From: Nitrososphaeraceae archaeon
Lineage (GTDB): Archaea; Thermoproteota; Nitrososphaeria; Nitrososphaerales; Nitrososphaeraceae
Direction of reading: 5' to 3'
DNA length: 58,277 bases
Assembly: GCA_035250975.1 (NCBI GenBank)
Contig: DATFEP010000062.1
Location: 1 to 58,277, forward strand
Below, one piece after another: positions 42,233-52,039 of the stretch. The notes under the pieces are model-generated. The model ran no database searches and was not told the DNA's origin. It worked only from the letters and a program-made list of their open reading frames with translations. Position 1 is the first letter of the stretch, and every line of letters starts with the position of its first letter. The position numbers were made by a program, and so were the translations under genes.

Positions 42233-43228
42233 TCATAGAATATTTTTGTCTAACAAATTTACAAAATCTTGAAAGTTGTTTTCCGGTATTACTGCACCAC
42301 ATGCCTTGTCGTGACCACCTCCACTACCTCCAAGGCGTGATGCTATTTCATTAACGACTCGTCCAAGATGGGTATTACAATCTTTTGATCCTCTGATAGA
42401 AATTATGAATGAACTTTTCTCTTCTTTAAATTTATACACCAACGCAACTTTTTTTTCAGATGCTCCTAGGATAAAATTTACTACTGTACTCGATGCAAGG
42501 TCCAGAGTGTTTTGAACAAACACAAGATTATTAGAAGTTCTTATTTCATCAGAGAGAGATACCAGGGCATGCGATATTTTTTGAGCATACTTCTCTGCCT
42601 CAAGAAATCCACCGTCGATATCATGTGGAAATTTCATTTCAGATAGAGTTCCTACTATTCTGTGTAAATACTCATCATCATTTTGATGCGAAGATATCAT
42701 GTAGGATAACACAGTAGATTCTAGCATCAGGAATTGTCTATCAAACCTTGATAGTAGGGAAGAGGCCAAAGGTTTAGCATCAAGATAATCAGTTAAAGCT
42801 CCAGCTGCGGCAAAAAAAGCATAATGCTGTTTTAATCTTTTTTTATATTTGGTATATACCTGAACGCTGGTGGATTCTTCGGTAGAATGAACAAGGTTGA
42901 CTCCAATATCCTTTATTTCATTTTTGATATCAGGCTCTAGATCATGATGATCTATATAGGTAACTTTGTATCCTAAAGATACAAGTTTATTCAATATATT
43001 TACAAATTTTTTATGAATTTTTTTATTTAATCCTAAATCGCATATGAATATTCTATTATATCCTTTTGTTACTTGACCTAATTCATTAGAAAGTTTATCT
43101 AACTTATTTATTAGGTTAGCATAGTCCACTAAGATCGTAGATACTTTTTTAAAAGCCGAATTAATCAATACAGCAGAAGATATTCCATCAACGTCCTCTT
43201 TATGGGATAAACATATAGTGATAGACAT
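42233..43228 (-). CDS. DHH/DHHA1 phosphoesterase
   Basis: HKEDVDG, ICDLG, YIDHH, SIRG, GGGHDKACG. Confidence 0.9.
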   Translation of the reverse strand: MSITICLSHKEDVDGISSAVLINSAFKKVSTILVDYANLINKLDKLSNELGQVTKGYNRIFICDLGLNKKIHKKFVNILNKLVSLGYKVTYIDHHDLEPDIKNEIKDIGVNLVHSTEESTSVQVYTKYKKRLKQHYAFFAAAGALTDYLDAKPLASSLLSRFDRQFLMLESTVLSYMISSHQNDDEYLHRIVGTLSEMKFPHDIDGGFLEAEKYAQKISHALVSLSDEIRTSNNLVFVQNTLDLASSTVVNFILGASEKKVALVYKFKEEKSSFIISIRGSKDCNTHLGRVVNEIASRLGGSGGGHDKACGAVIPENNFQDFVNLLDKNIL

Positions 43229-43540
43229 TTTTAAAAAACTAAATACTAATTATTTTCTACAATTTGCATATTAAATAATTTTTTATTTTGCACAATATCC
43301 AGACGGGATTCTATTATAGTTGCTTTAGAAAATTGGAAAACACAAGACTCGACATTAACACAATCAAAAATAATTTCAGCTATCATATACTTTTAATCCA
43401 ATTGTTATTTAATATATATATTCTGTTAGTAGATTTAATACAGTGCCATTAGTGTAGCAATATTGCGTGACAACACTAGAAGATATTGGAACTGTTTGTA
43501 GTCTATAACCTTTAAATAATACCATTCAAATCCGAATACT

Positions 43541-44137
43541 ATGTCAGCAGATAGTCAAAAAGGAACTGTTCCAAAGATTGTTGCTCTCGAAGTACTTGAA
43601 AAAAATGGAGTTAATGTTGAGAGATTGAAAGAATTGATAACTAAAGGTGTAGGAGCAGAATTTACAACCTATTATTACTATACAATTTTGCGAATGCATT
43701 GTACAGGTTTAGATGGAGAAGGAATCAAAGAGATTGTAGAAGATGCAAGAATAGAAGATCGAAATCATTTTGAGGCCATGACTCCGCGACTTTATGAATT
43801 GGGTGGAAGTCTTCCAAGAGATATAAGAGACTTTGCAGACCAAGCCGGTTGTCCAGATGCGTATTTACCAGAAAACTGGCAAAATCTAGAATCAATTATC
43901 AAGGTACTCTTAGAAGCAGAACAATGCGCTATCAGATCTTGGGGTGAAGTATGTGATATGACCGCTGGAAAAGATCCCAGAACATATGACATTGCTCAGA
44001 GAATCATGCAAGAAGAGGTTGAACATGAGGCGTGGTTTATTGAACTTCTTTCAAAGAGACCTTCAGGTCACTTTAGAAGAAAATATGTCGGACAATCACC
44101 TCACACGGGATCTCAAGGTGGATTAATTCACCAATAA
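43541..44137 (+). CDS. dps: DPS-like (DPSL) ferritin-superfamily protein
   Basis: [54 protein letters not shown]. Confidence 0.92.
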   Translation: MSADSQKGTVPKIVALEVLEKNGVNVERLKELITKGVGAEFTTYYYYTILRMHCTGLDGEGIKEIVEDARIEDRNHFEAMTPRLYELGGSLPRDIRDFADQAGCPDAYLPENWQNLESIIKVLLEAEQCAIRSWGEVCDMTAGKDPRTYDIAQRIMQEEVEHEAWFIELLSKRPSGHFRRKYVGQSPHTGSQGGLIHQ

Positions 44138-44222
44138 CTTTTTTATTTTCCTCCAAAATTTAAAAATTAACTGTTAAATAAATATAATACTTTTATTATC
44201 CGTAATTTATGATTAGAATCAA

Positions 44223-44366
44223 ATGAAAAGAAGATTGGCTGAAATTTTAATGATAGCTTCCGGAATTGGTTTGACTATCGGTGCTGGTACTCTAAATGTA
44301 ATCTCTTTGGTGTATGGAGGACTAGCTATCATGGGATTAGGAATAATATCCGTATTTTGGAGATAG
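44223..44366 (+). CDS. 47-aa two-helix membrane protein (missed by ORF track)
   Basis: MKRRLAEILMIASGIGLTIGAGTLNVISLVYGGLAIMGLGIISVFWR*; fills the gap between dps and the kinase on the same strand. Confidence 0.65.
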   Translation: MKRRLAEILMIASGIGLTIGAGTLNVISLVYGGLAIMGLGIISVFWR

Positions 44367-44390
44367 AATTAGTAGTAGCTAAAAAAAATA

Positions 44391-45521
44391 ATGTCGTTTG
44401 GTACAATAGATAAACAGCAAAAAAACGGGTGTTTAAACATAAGAATTTGTGATCCTAAAATTCTTTTTAAAAAGATAAAAGAGTACCTAGAAGAGAAAAG
44501 ATCAATTGTTGTAATGCATGATTTTTTTATTGACAGGATAATAAAAATCAAAAATCAAGAAGAACTCTTATCAATGATAGTTGAAAAATCAAAGTTTGGC
44601 GGTGGAAGTATTAGGAGAGTTCATACTTTAGAAATTGAAGGGGGAAATGCTGTGAATGTAGCTTTTTGTCTGGCCAAATTGGGGCTTGATGTACATTTGT
44701 TCACAATAGCAGACAATATAGGAAAAAAGATCTTATCAAATTTATTTAAAGATTTAAAGAATGTAAAATTACATGTATTTTCTGGCAGACCCGGATATAC
44801 TACTTCATTGGAATTTTTCAATTCATCAAGTAATGAAATGGAAGCTAATATCATGATTAGCGATGTTGGAGACAATAGTGATTTTGGACCAGATAGATTT
44901 TCCAGATCTACAGAAAAAAATATTTTGGAAGCTGCTGATGCAGTAATTGTCTTGAATTGGGCATCTAATTTAAAAGGTACTTCGCTTTTAGAATATGTTT
45001 TTAAAAAATCGCCTAATGCGTTTCATTTTATTGATCCTGCAGATATAAAGAGCAGAACGAAAGAATTTTGTTCATTATTGAGAGAACATGCGGACATAAT
45101 TGATATCTTGAGCATAAATGAAAATGAATGTAATTCATTGCTTTTAGAATTAAATTATGGAGATCTAATATTAAAAAATCATTATGACAGTAAAGAAATT
45201 AAATTGGCAGCAAAAACACTTGCAAAGAATCTAAAAATATCTGTCGACTTGCATACTAAAAATGGATCGGTTTTTTCTGATGGAAAAGATATTTTTTTTA
45301 TAGAGTCAGCCAGAGATATAATTATAAAAAGTTTGACCGGAGCTGGAGATTCATGGGATGCAGCAGATATTCTAGGACATCTATCAGGTCTTAATCCAAG
45401 CGAACGATTATTTTTTGCTAATATTTTTGCTGCTTTATATATATCTCAAGAAGATAGACAATTAATAACATTGGATAATGTTATCCAATTTTATAATAAG
45501 ATATATAAAAATACATCATGA
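44391..45521 (+). CDS. PfkB/ribokinase-family carbohydrate kinase
   Basis: GGNAVNVAFCLAKLG, SINENE, LTGAGDSW. Confidence 0.88.
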   Translation: MSFGTIDKQQKNGCLNIRICDPKILFKKIKEYLEEKRSIVVMHDFFIDRIIKIKNQEELLSMIVEKSKFGGGSIRRVHTLEIEGGNAVNVAFCLAKLGLDVHLFTIADNIGKKILSNLFKDLKNVKLHVFSGRPGYTTSLEFFNSSSNEMEANIMISDVGDNSDFGPDRFSRSTEKNILEAADAVIVLNWASNLKGTSLLEYVFKKSPNAFHFIDPADIKSRTKEFCSLLREHADIIDILSINENECNSLLLELNYGDLILKNHYDSKEIKLAAKTLAKNLKISVDLHTKNGSVFSDGKDIFFIESARDIIIKSLTGAGDSWDAADILGHLSGLNPSERLFFANIFAALYISQEDRQLITLDNVIQFYNKIYKNTS

Positions 45522-45671
45522 ATTATAATTGTTCATAAATATTTGCTGTCACCTATGATATGGTTACAAATGTTTGTAAATTTATCTAAAGTTAAATAAT
45601 TAAACATATTTAAAGTCTGAAAAGTTAATACATAACATTAAATATAAAAGTATTTCACAAAAATAATAAAG

Positions 45672-46550
45672 TTATTTTGTAAATGCTGTTTTTGTCACCA
45701 ATTCTTCTATTTTTTTGTTAATATCCAATGTAACCTTCAATAAATCAGGTGTCCATCCACGTTTTTTAATAAATGTGGACAATGCCTTTGTATCTTTTGG
45801 CAGACATGCACCTTCAAATGGCTTTCCTGCAATTGTTCCATATTTACCTATACGTTTATCTAATGACACTCCAAGGCTAACAGCCTTATCATCAATCGCT
45901 AATTCTTTGCAGAGCATGCCGATTTCGTTAAAGAATGAAATCTTCAACGACAAGAAACAATTGGAAGTATATTTTATCATTTCGGCTGCTGCAAAACTCG
46001 TTACGATAATCTTTTCAGTTAAAGGCTTGTAAATTTCTTGTAATAACTTTGAACTACCTGCAAACTCCTCTCCAATAATAACTCTGTCGGGAACAAAAAA
46101 ATCCTCATAGGCAGTATCCTGTCTTAGAAATTCAGGATTATAACATAAATTGTAGTTTTTCCCTCGTTGTAATTTACAGTGTTTATCCATATAATCAACA
46201 ACAACCTCTTTCATTGTTCCAGGCAACATTGTACTTCTAAACACTATCAAAGTCTCCCTGCCATTTTCTTTATAATTTAATGCATCTGTTATAGAAAATA
46301 AAGCAGATTTTACTTGTGATAAATCCTGCTCATCATCTTCTCCTGTTGGGGTATTCACACACACAAAAGTAATTTGACCATGTCCTAATGCTTCTTTAAC
46401 ATTATTTGCAATCTGATACCCTTCTTTCTTTAATGTATCCAACCTTGTTTTAGAAATATCATAAAATAGTACGTTATGGCCCAACTTACTAAATCCCTTG
46501 CCAGTTGCAGATCCCACAACACCAGAACCGATTATTGAAATTTTTACCAT
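45672..46550 (-). CDS. UDP-glucose/GDP-mannose dehydrogenase family protein lacking the C-terminal domain
   Basis: IIGSGVVG, FVCVNTP, RSTMLPGT, YNPEFLR, AEMIKY..N, GACLPKD; ends at 292 aa. Confidence 0.88.
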   Translation of the reverse strand: MVKISIIGSGVVGSATGKGFSKLGHNVLFYDISKTRLDTLKKEGYQIANNVKEALGHGQITFVCVNTPTGEDDEQDLSQVKSALFSITDALNYKENGRETLIVFRSTMLPGTMKEVVVDYMDKHCKLQRGKNYNLCYNPEFLRQDTAYEDFFVPDRVIIGEEFAGSSKLLQEIYKPLTEKIIVTSFAAAEMIKYTSNCFLSLKISFFNEIGMLCKELAIDDKAVSLGVSLDKRIGKYGTIAGKPFEGACLPKDTKALSTFIKKRGWTPDLLKVTLDINKKIEELVTKTAFTK

Positions 46551-46775
46551 TATTAATTTCGCAACCCTCTATATACAAAAATCCATTTAAATGATCTGCA
46601 TATATAAGTACTACGATCTCTTTTTATTCTAGATAGTTAGAAGGAATTCTTTTATAAATTGTTCTATAATATACTAATATAAATATCTATATAACAAATA
46701 TGAAAAAAAAGATACGAAGACATTTTTTTCATATTTCTATCACGAAAAATTTTTCGATCTACATATAAATTAGAA

Positions 46776-48263
46776 TTGGCTTTAATAAGTAATAAGAAAC
46801 AAGAGATGTACAGGCTAGTAGATAGTAGAATACCAGAAGAAATTACGATTATTACAGTAATTGTAGCTTTATCTGTACTTCTCATATTTTCTATACTTAT
46901 TACTTTTTCTCCTGGATTATTTAATCACGTTTCAATTGTAAAACCAATTGAAACATTTATTCTCAAGGTATCTGAAGGTGTAGGTTTTGCAGCTATCACT
47001 TATTATCAGATCATATGGATATACATACCATTAGGACTAATAGGGTTATGGAGATGGAGTATATGGATATTCAAAAAATCATCTTCACTACTTTATTATC
47101 CCATTAGTAACTGTAATGATGAACATCTCCAGAAATATAGCATAATAACTCCTGTATACAATGAAGACCCCGCTATTTTTCAAGATGCGATAGAATCATG
47201 GATTCAAAATAAACCAGATGAGATCATTGGTGTTATAGATCATAATGACAAGAAATGTATCGAGGTCTTTAAAAGAATATCAATAGATAAACCATTCATG
47301 AAACTCATTGTTATCGATAAACCTGGTAAGAGACCTGCTTTAGCAGAGGGTATTAGAGAAGCAAGAAACAAGATAGTTGCTCTAGTAGACAGTGATACCA
47401 TATGGGAAAAAGATATAAGAAATTCGATATTATCGCCGTTTAAAGATCCCACAATAGGAGGCGTAACCACAAGGCAACACCCTATTGAAAGACGAACAAT
47501 CTGGCAAAAGATAACTGATATCTTTTGGGATATGAGAAATTATTATGATTTACCAGCGCAGACTGCAATGGGTCAAGCATTATCTTGTTTATCTGGGAGA
47601 ACTTCACTATATAGAAAGGATATCATTGAAGGAAGTTTGGATGAATTTCTGAATGAGATAGTGCTAGAAAGAAAGAAAGAGTCTGGAGAAGATAAATGTC
47701 TTACAAGAATAGTTCATAGCAAGGGCTGGAAAACATATTACCAGAGCAATGCAGTGATATATTCTTACGCTGCTCCTGATTTCAAGACATTTTGGAGTCA
47801 AAGACTAAGATGGTCAAGAAATAGTCACAATTCAGATTTAGTTAGTTTATGGGACGGTTGGGCATGGAAACATCCATTTTTGGCATTTCATATTATTGAT
47901 AGATTTATCTCTATTTTTACTCTATTTTTTGGTCCTATCTTCTTCGGAGTAGCACTTTTCATGAACCAATACATATTAGCACTTTCAATATTGGCATTAT
48001 GGATGATAGGAAGAGGAATAAAAATACTACCGCATCTTAAACGTTATCCCAAAGATATAGCACTTTTACCAATATACGTTGTGATTAACTTTATCAGCGC
48101 GTTCGTCAAGCTATATGCACTTGTAACAATCAGAGATCAAAAATGGATAAGGTCTAAGAATCGAAAAATTGGAACGTCACAGTTAAAAAATATAAAAAAT
48201 TTAATATTGACCTCTGAAATAATTAGTTGTTTAATTTTTGTAGTAATTTACATTATAAAATAA
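46776..48263 (+). CDS. Processive GT2 polysaccharide synthase (Cps3S/hyaluronan-synthase-like)
   Basis: PVYNE, GKR.AL, VDSD, CLSGRTSLYR, GEDKCLT, QRLRW; N- and C-terminal TM helices. Confidence 0.88.
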   Translation: MALISNKKQEMYRLVDSRIPEEITIITVIVALSVLLIFSILITFSPGLFNHVSIVKPIETFILKVSEGVGFAAITYYQIIWIYIPLGLIGLWRWSIWIFKKSSSLLYYPISNCNDEHLQKYSIITPVYNEDPAIFQDAIESWIQNKPDEIIGVIDHNDKKCIEVFKRISIDKPFMKLIVIDKPGKRPALAEGIREARNKIVALVDSDTIWEKDIRNSILSPFKDPTIGGVTTRQHPIERRTIWQKITDIFWDMRNYYDLPAQTAMGQALSCLSGRTSLYRKDIIEGSLDEFLNEIVLERKKESGEDKCLTRIVHSKGWKTYYQSNAVIYSYAAPDFKTFWSQRLRWSRNSHNSDLVSLWDGWAWKHPFLAFHIIDRFISIFTLFFGPIFFGVALFMNQYILALSILALWMIGRGIKILPHLKRYPKDIALLPIYVVINFISAFVKLYALVTIRDQKWIRSKNRKIGTSQLKNIKNLILTSEIISCLIFVVIYIIK

Positions 48264-48361
48264 ATTTCAAAAGACTTGCTAACGAGTTTTAAAGCAAAAA
48301 AGAAGAGAATTTCATTACAATTCGGTATAGCTTTTATATTTCAAAAATAATTTAATATAGA

Positions 48362-48571
48362 ATGGGTAGGATAAACAGGGGTATAAAGTGCAGTGTTGAA
48401 GGCTGTGAAGAGAATGCCGAAAGGTCGATGAGTGAAAGCAAAGGTATGATGGCTTCAGATTTAAATATTATTTCTTCGAGCAAGAGAGTATACCTATGCA
48501 GAAATCACTATAAGGAATGGAAAAAGGCTACCAAAGAAGATCGGGAAAATGAAAGGGCCAGATGGGGATAA
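48362..48571 (+). CDS. Small conserved putative zinc-binding protein
   Basis: CSVEGC...LCRNHYKEWK; directly upstream of thrS. Confidence 0.8.
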   Translation: MGRINRGIKCSVEGCEENAERSMSESKGMMASDLNIISSSKRVYLCRNHYKEWKKATKEDRENERARWG

Positions 48572-48601
48572 AAAGATAGAGATTTAGAAGGTTTCCAGAA
48601 T

Positions 48602-50506
48602 ATGCGTTTACTGCAATTACATGCTGACTTTATTGAATACACACCTATTTCAAAGGAACTTAAAGATGCAGAAGATGAAATAAAACTAGAAACAAAGAGA
48701 TTAGATAATTTAGTCGTAGCCTTTGTCTGCATAGAAAAATATGATGACAGGCAGATCATTGACAAGGCCCTAAATGAGATAAAAAATTATTTAGAAAATA
48801 TTAAAGTCAATAGATTATTAATATACCCGTATGCACATTTAAGTTCTGATTTAGCTTCTCCAAAAAATGCTTTTGAATTCATCATAGAACTTGAGAAATT
48901 AGCGAAAAAGATCATTAACAATGTAGAAAGAGCTCCTTTTGGTTGGACAAAATCATTGAATATAAGTGTAAAAGGACATCCACTTGCAGAAAATTTTAAA
49001 ATCATTGACAAAAGTCAAGACAATATAGGGATAGAGGTTTCTGATCGTTCCCATGCGCATGAAATAGAGGTTGTATCGTCTGCTTTAAAATTTGAAGAAA
49101 AACAAGAATCAGCATGGTTCATACTAGGTATAGATGGAAATTTGATTCCTTTGGACAAGTTCAACTATAATAATGATGGTAATTTTAAGAAATTTATAGA
49201 TTATGAAACCGCCAAAAGAAGAATTGTGGATGAACAACCTCCTCATGTTAGATTGATGAGAAAGATGGGTATAGCAGATTACGAACCTGCATCTGATCCA
49301 GGAAATATTAGATTCTATCCAAAAGGTAGACTGATGAAATCTTTGATTGAACAATATGTAACCAAAAAAATCCTTGAATATGGAGGAATTGAGGTAGAAA
49401 CTCCTATCATGTATGATACCAAACATCCATCTATGGAGAGTTATTTTAATCGGTTTCCTGCGAGACAATATAATATATCATCAGATAATAAAACATTATT
49501 TCTTCGATTTGCAGCATGTTTTGGTCAATTTTTAATGGCCAAGGATTTTTATATTACTTATAAAAATCTTCCACTAAAACTTTATGAATTAACTAGATAT
49601 AGTTTTAGAAGAGAAAAAAGCGGGGAATTAGTAGGATTAAGGAGACTCAGGGCATTTAGTATGCCAGATTGTCATGCATTCTGTAAAGATATGGAACAAT
49701 CAAAGGAAGAATTCCTAAAAAGATTGGACTTGTCTATAGATGTAATATCTGCTTTCAATTTGAAAATAGAGGAAGACATAGAGATGGCAATCAGATTCAC
49801 AGAACCGTTTTATATTGAGAATAGAGATTTTATTTTACAAATCCTAAAAAGATTTGGAAAACCAATACTTGTAGAAATGTGGAAGGAAAGATTCTTTTAT
49901 TTTGTTTTGAAGTGGGAATTTAATTTCATCGATAATTTGGGAAAGGCAGCGGCTCTATCTACTGATCAAATTGATGTTGAAAATGGCAAAAGATACAATA
50001 TTGAATTCGTTGACGAAAGTGGAGCAAAGAAGAATCCCATAATTTTACATAATTCTCCGAGTGGAGCTGTTGAAAGAATAATTTATGCTCTATTAGAAAA
50101 AGCTGCAAAAATTATGCACAAAGGAGAAAGACCAGCATTTCCATTATGGTTAACGCATACTCAGGTAAGAATTATTCCCATAAAAAAAAATCATGTTAAA
50201 AAATCGGAGGAAATCGAACAGATTTTTGCCAAAAATCAGATAAGGGCCGATATAGATGATAGGGAAGAATCTATTGGAAAAAGAATAAGGGAAGCAGAAA
50301 CTGAGTGGATTCCATTTATCATAGTAATAGGAGATAGGGAAGTCGAAACTTCTATGGTGGTTGTAAGGGATCGTACCAGCAGCAATCAATATGAATCCAA
50401 CCTAGAATTATTGATAAATAAAATCAAGACAGAGATACAAGATAAGCCATTTATGCCATTGAACTTACCGAAATATCTATCAAAGAGACCTCAAATTCTG
50501 ACATAA
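48602..50506 (+). CDS. thrS: Threonine--tRNA ligase (archaeal type)
   Basis: MRLLQLHADFIEY, YPYAHLS, APFGWTK, KGHPLAE, LRFAACFGQF, RLRAFSMPDCH, SPSGAVER. Confidence 0.96.
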   Translation: MRLLQLHADFIEYTPISKELKDAEDEIKLETKRLDNLVVAFVCIEKYDDRQIIDKALNEIKNYLENIKVNRLLIYPYAHLSSDLASPKNAFEFIIELEKLAKKIINNVERAPFGWTKSLNISVKGHPLAENFKIIDKSQDNIGIEVSDRSHAHEIEVVSSALKFEEKQESAWFILGIDGNLIPLDKFNYNNDGNFKKFIDYETAKRRIVDEQPPHVRLMRKMGIADYEPASDPGNIRFYPKGRLMKSLIEQYVTKKILEYGGIEVETPIMYDTKHPSMESYFNRFPARQYNISSDNKTLFLRFAACFGQFLMAKDFYITYKNLPLKLYELTRYSFRREKSGELVGLRRLRAFSMPDCHAFCKDMEQSKEEFLKRLDLSIDVISAFNLKIEEDIEMAIRFTEPFYIENRDFILQILKRFGKPILVEMWKERFFYFVLKWEFNFIDNLGKAAALSTDQIDVENGKRYNIEFVDESGAKKNPIILHNSPSGAVERIIYALLEKAAKIMHKGERPAFPLWLTHTQVRIIPIKKNHVKKSEEIEQIFAKNQIRADIDDREESIGKRIREAETEWIPFIIVIGDREVETSMVVVRDRTSSNQYESNLELLINKIKTEIQDKPFMPLNLPKYLSKRPQILT

Positions 50507-50585
50507 ATATTTTTTGAATTTTTATTTATTTATTTTCCTAATATGCAAACAAATAATAAAAAGAGATTTATGTGACCATGAAAAT

Positions 50586-51881
50586 CTATCCAGATAGGAT
50601 CAATTGACTTTCAGTAACTGGAACCCTGGTTGTATTGGTAGACTGTGTGGCATTACCATAAACAGATTGATACGCGTTTCTAACTATATCAAAAAATTCT
50701 GTAGTATATATTTTGTCATCAGTAACGTTAATTAGGTTAAAGTTTTGGACCTGGTGAGAATCTACTCGCCATTGCCAAAATGCAGAACCCCAAACGTCTA
50801 GATTTTTAAAAGTTGCAACCATAAGATCCGCCTCGGTCTGGTTAATACTACTGAATGTTTCATTGATAAATGTTATAATCTCTCCTTCTTCATCAATTAT
50901 TTTATCTCGTTTTACATTGTTCCATTCACCTATGTAAAGCGGAACGTTTGCAAGACCGGCAGCTTGAACGAAATTACCTAGTCTAGATTCCTGATAGGTA
51001 TTTCCCTGTGGCAATCCATAAACACTTATTTTGAATATTATATTTGTGGTGTTTGCAGGTGCCATTTTTGCTAAATTAATCGGACTAAGTTCTATAGCAC
51101 TTTGTAAAGAGACAGGAATACTCATACTATATGCTAAAGTTTTTGTGGTACTCTTTCTTAGGAAATCTGTCATGAAAGTATTATATTTACCAATCTTTGA
51201 CCATTGAGTTTTATCATGTACTTGTGGTTCACTTAAAATTTCATATCCAATTGTACTTCTATGATTGTCAACTGTATCAACTATCGTTTTGAAATATTCT
51301 GTTTGTAAAGTCCATCCATCCTTTCCATCCTTGTCACGAACGTTTCTGTCCCACCAATTTGACCACCATACTTTAGCAGTAGGATATTTAGTTCCTCCTC
51401 CACTACCATAAAAAAAGGCAAAATCTCCTTCAAATAATGAAAAGGGAAAACCAGTTCCTCTCTGGGGGTTCAGGTATGAAGAAGTATGAAATTGGTGATT
51501 ATCATATAATACATGTATGTTATATTTGTCTGCTGTGGTCGCAACTGTTTTTAACTCTTCGATAAATTGTACTGGATTTTTAGCATATGCCTCCCAAAAA
51601 ACCAAAAAACGAACATGATTCATACCTGATGAAGATAAAATCTTGAAACTTTCTTCAAAGTAATTTGGCGGTAAATCGTTGTCTACATCACGTGCTTGCG
51701 AGGTACGTGTATAGTATCCATGCATATCTACACCATTGAAAGGAGGTCCATTATTTTCTTTATTTATGGGTTCTTGAGCTTCAATCGGCAATGGCTTTGT
51801 TTGAAAAATACATATACTAAATAGAAGTAGAATAGAAAAAGATAGCAGTAGAAACACATATTTACATTTATTTACTGACAA
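50586..51881 (-). CDS. Secreted clan-A (GH5-like) glycoside hydrolase
   Basis: Signal peptide; MNHVRF..FWE, LYDNHQ, GYEILSEP, PLYIGEW, FWQW. Confidence 0.8.
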   Translation of the reverse strand: MSVNKCKYVFLLLSFSILLLFSICIFQTKPLPIEAQEPINKENNGPPFNGVDMHGYYTRTSQARDVDNDLPPNYFEESFKILSSSGMNHVRFLVFWEAYAKNPVQFIEELKTVATTADKYNIHVLYDNHQFHTSSYLNPQRGTGFPFSLFEGDFAFFYGSGGGTKYPTAKVWWSNWWDRNVRDKDGKDGWTLQTEYFKTIVDTVDNHRSTIGYEILSEPQVHDKTQWSKIGKYNTFMTDFLRKSTTKTLAYSMSIPVSLQSAIELSPINLAKMAPANTTNIIFKISVYGLPQGNTYQESRLGNFVQAAGLANVPLYIGEWNNVKRDKIIDEEGEIITFINETFSSINQTEADLMVATFKNLDVWGSAFWQWRVDSHQVQNFNLINVTDDKIYTTEFFDIVRNAYQSVYGNATQSTNTTRVPVTESQLILSG

Positions 51882-52039
51882 TAATATTTCAGAGTATACT
51901 TAGAAGACTTTTTTTATATATGTATCCCTACAATTACATTTTTTTCTATAAATATTTTATGGGAAAAAAATAGCGAAAAACCTGATTAACAATTGTAACG
52001 TCATTTATATAGCAGACTACTTTTAAATTAGTAACACAA

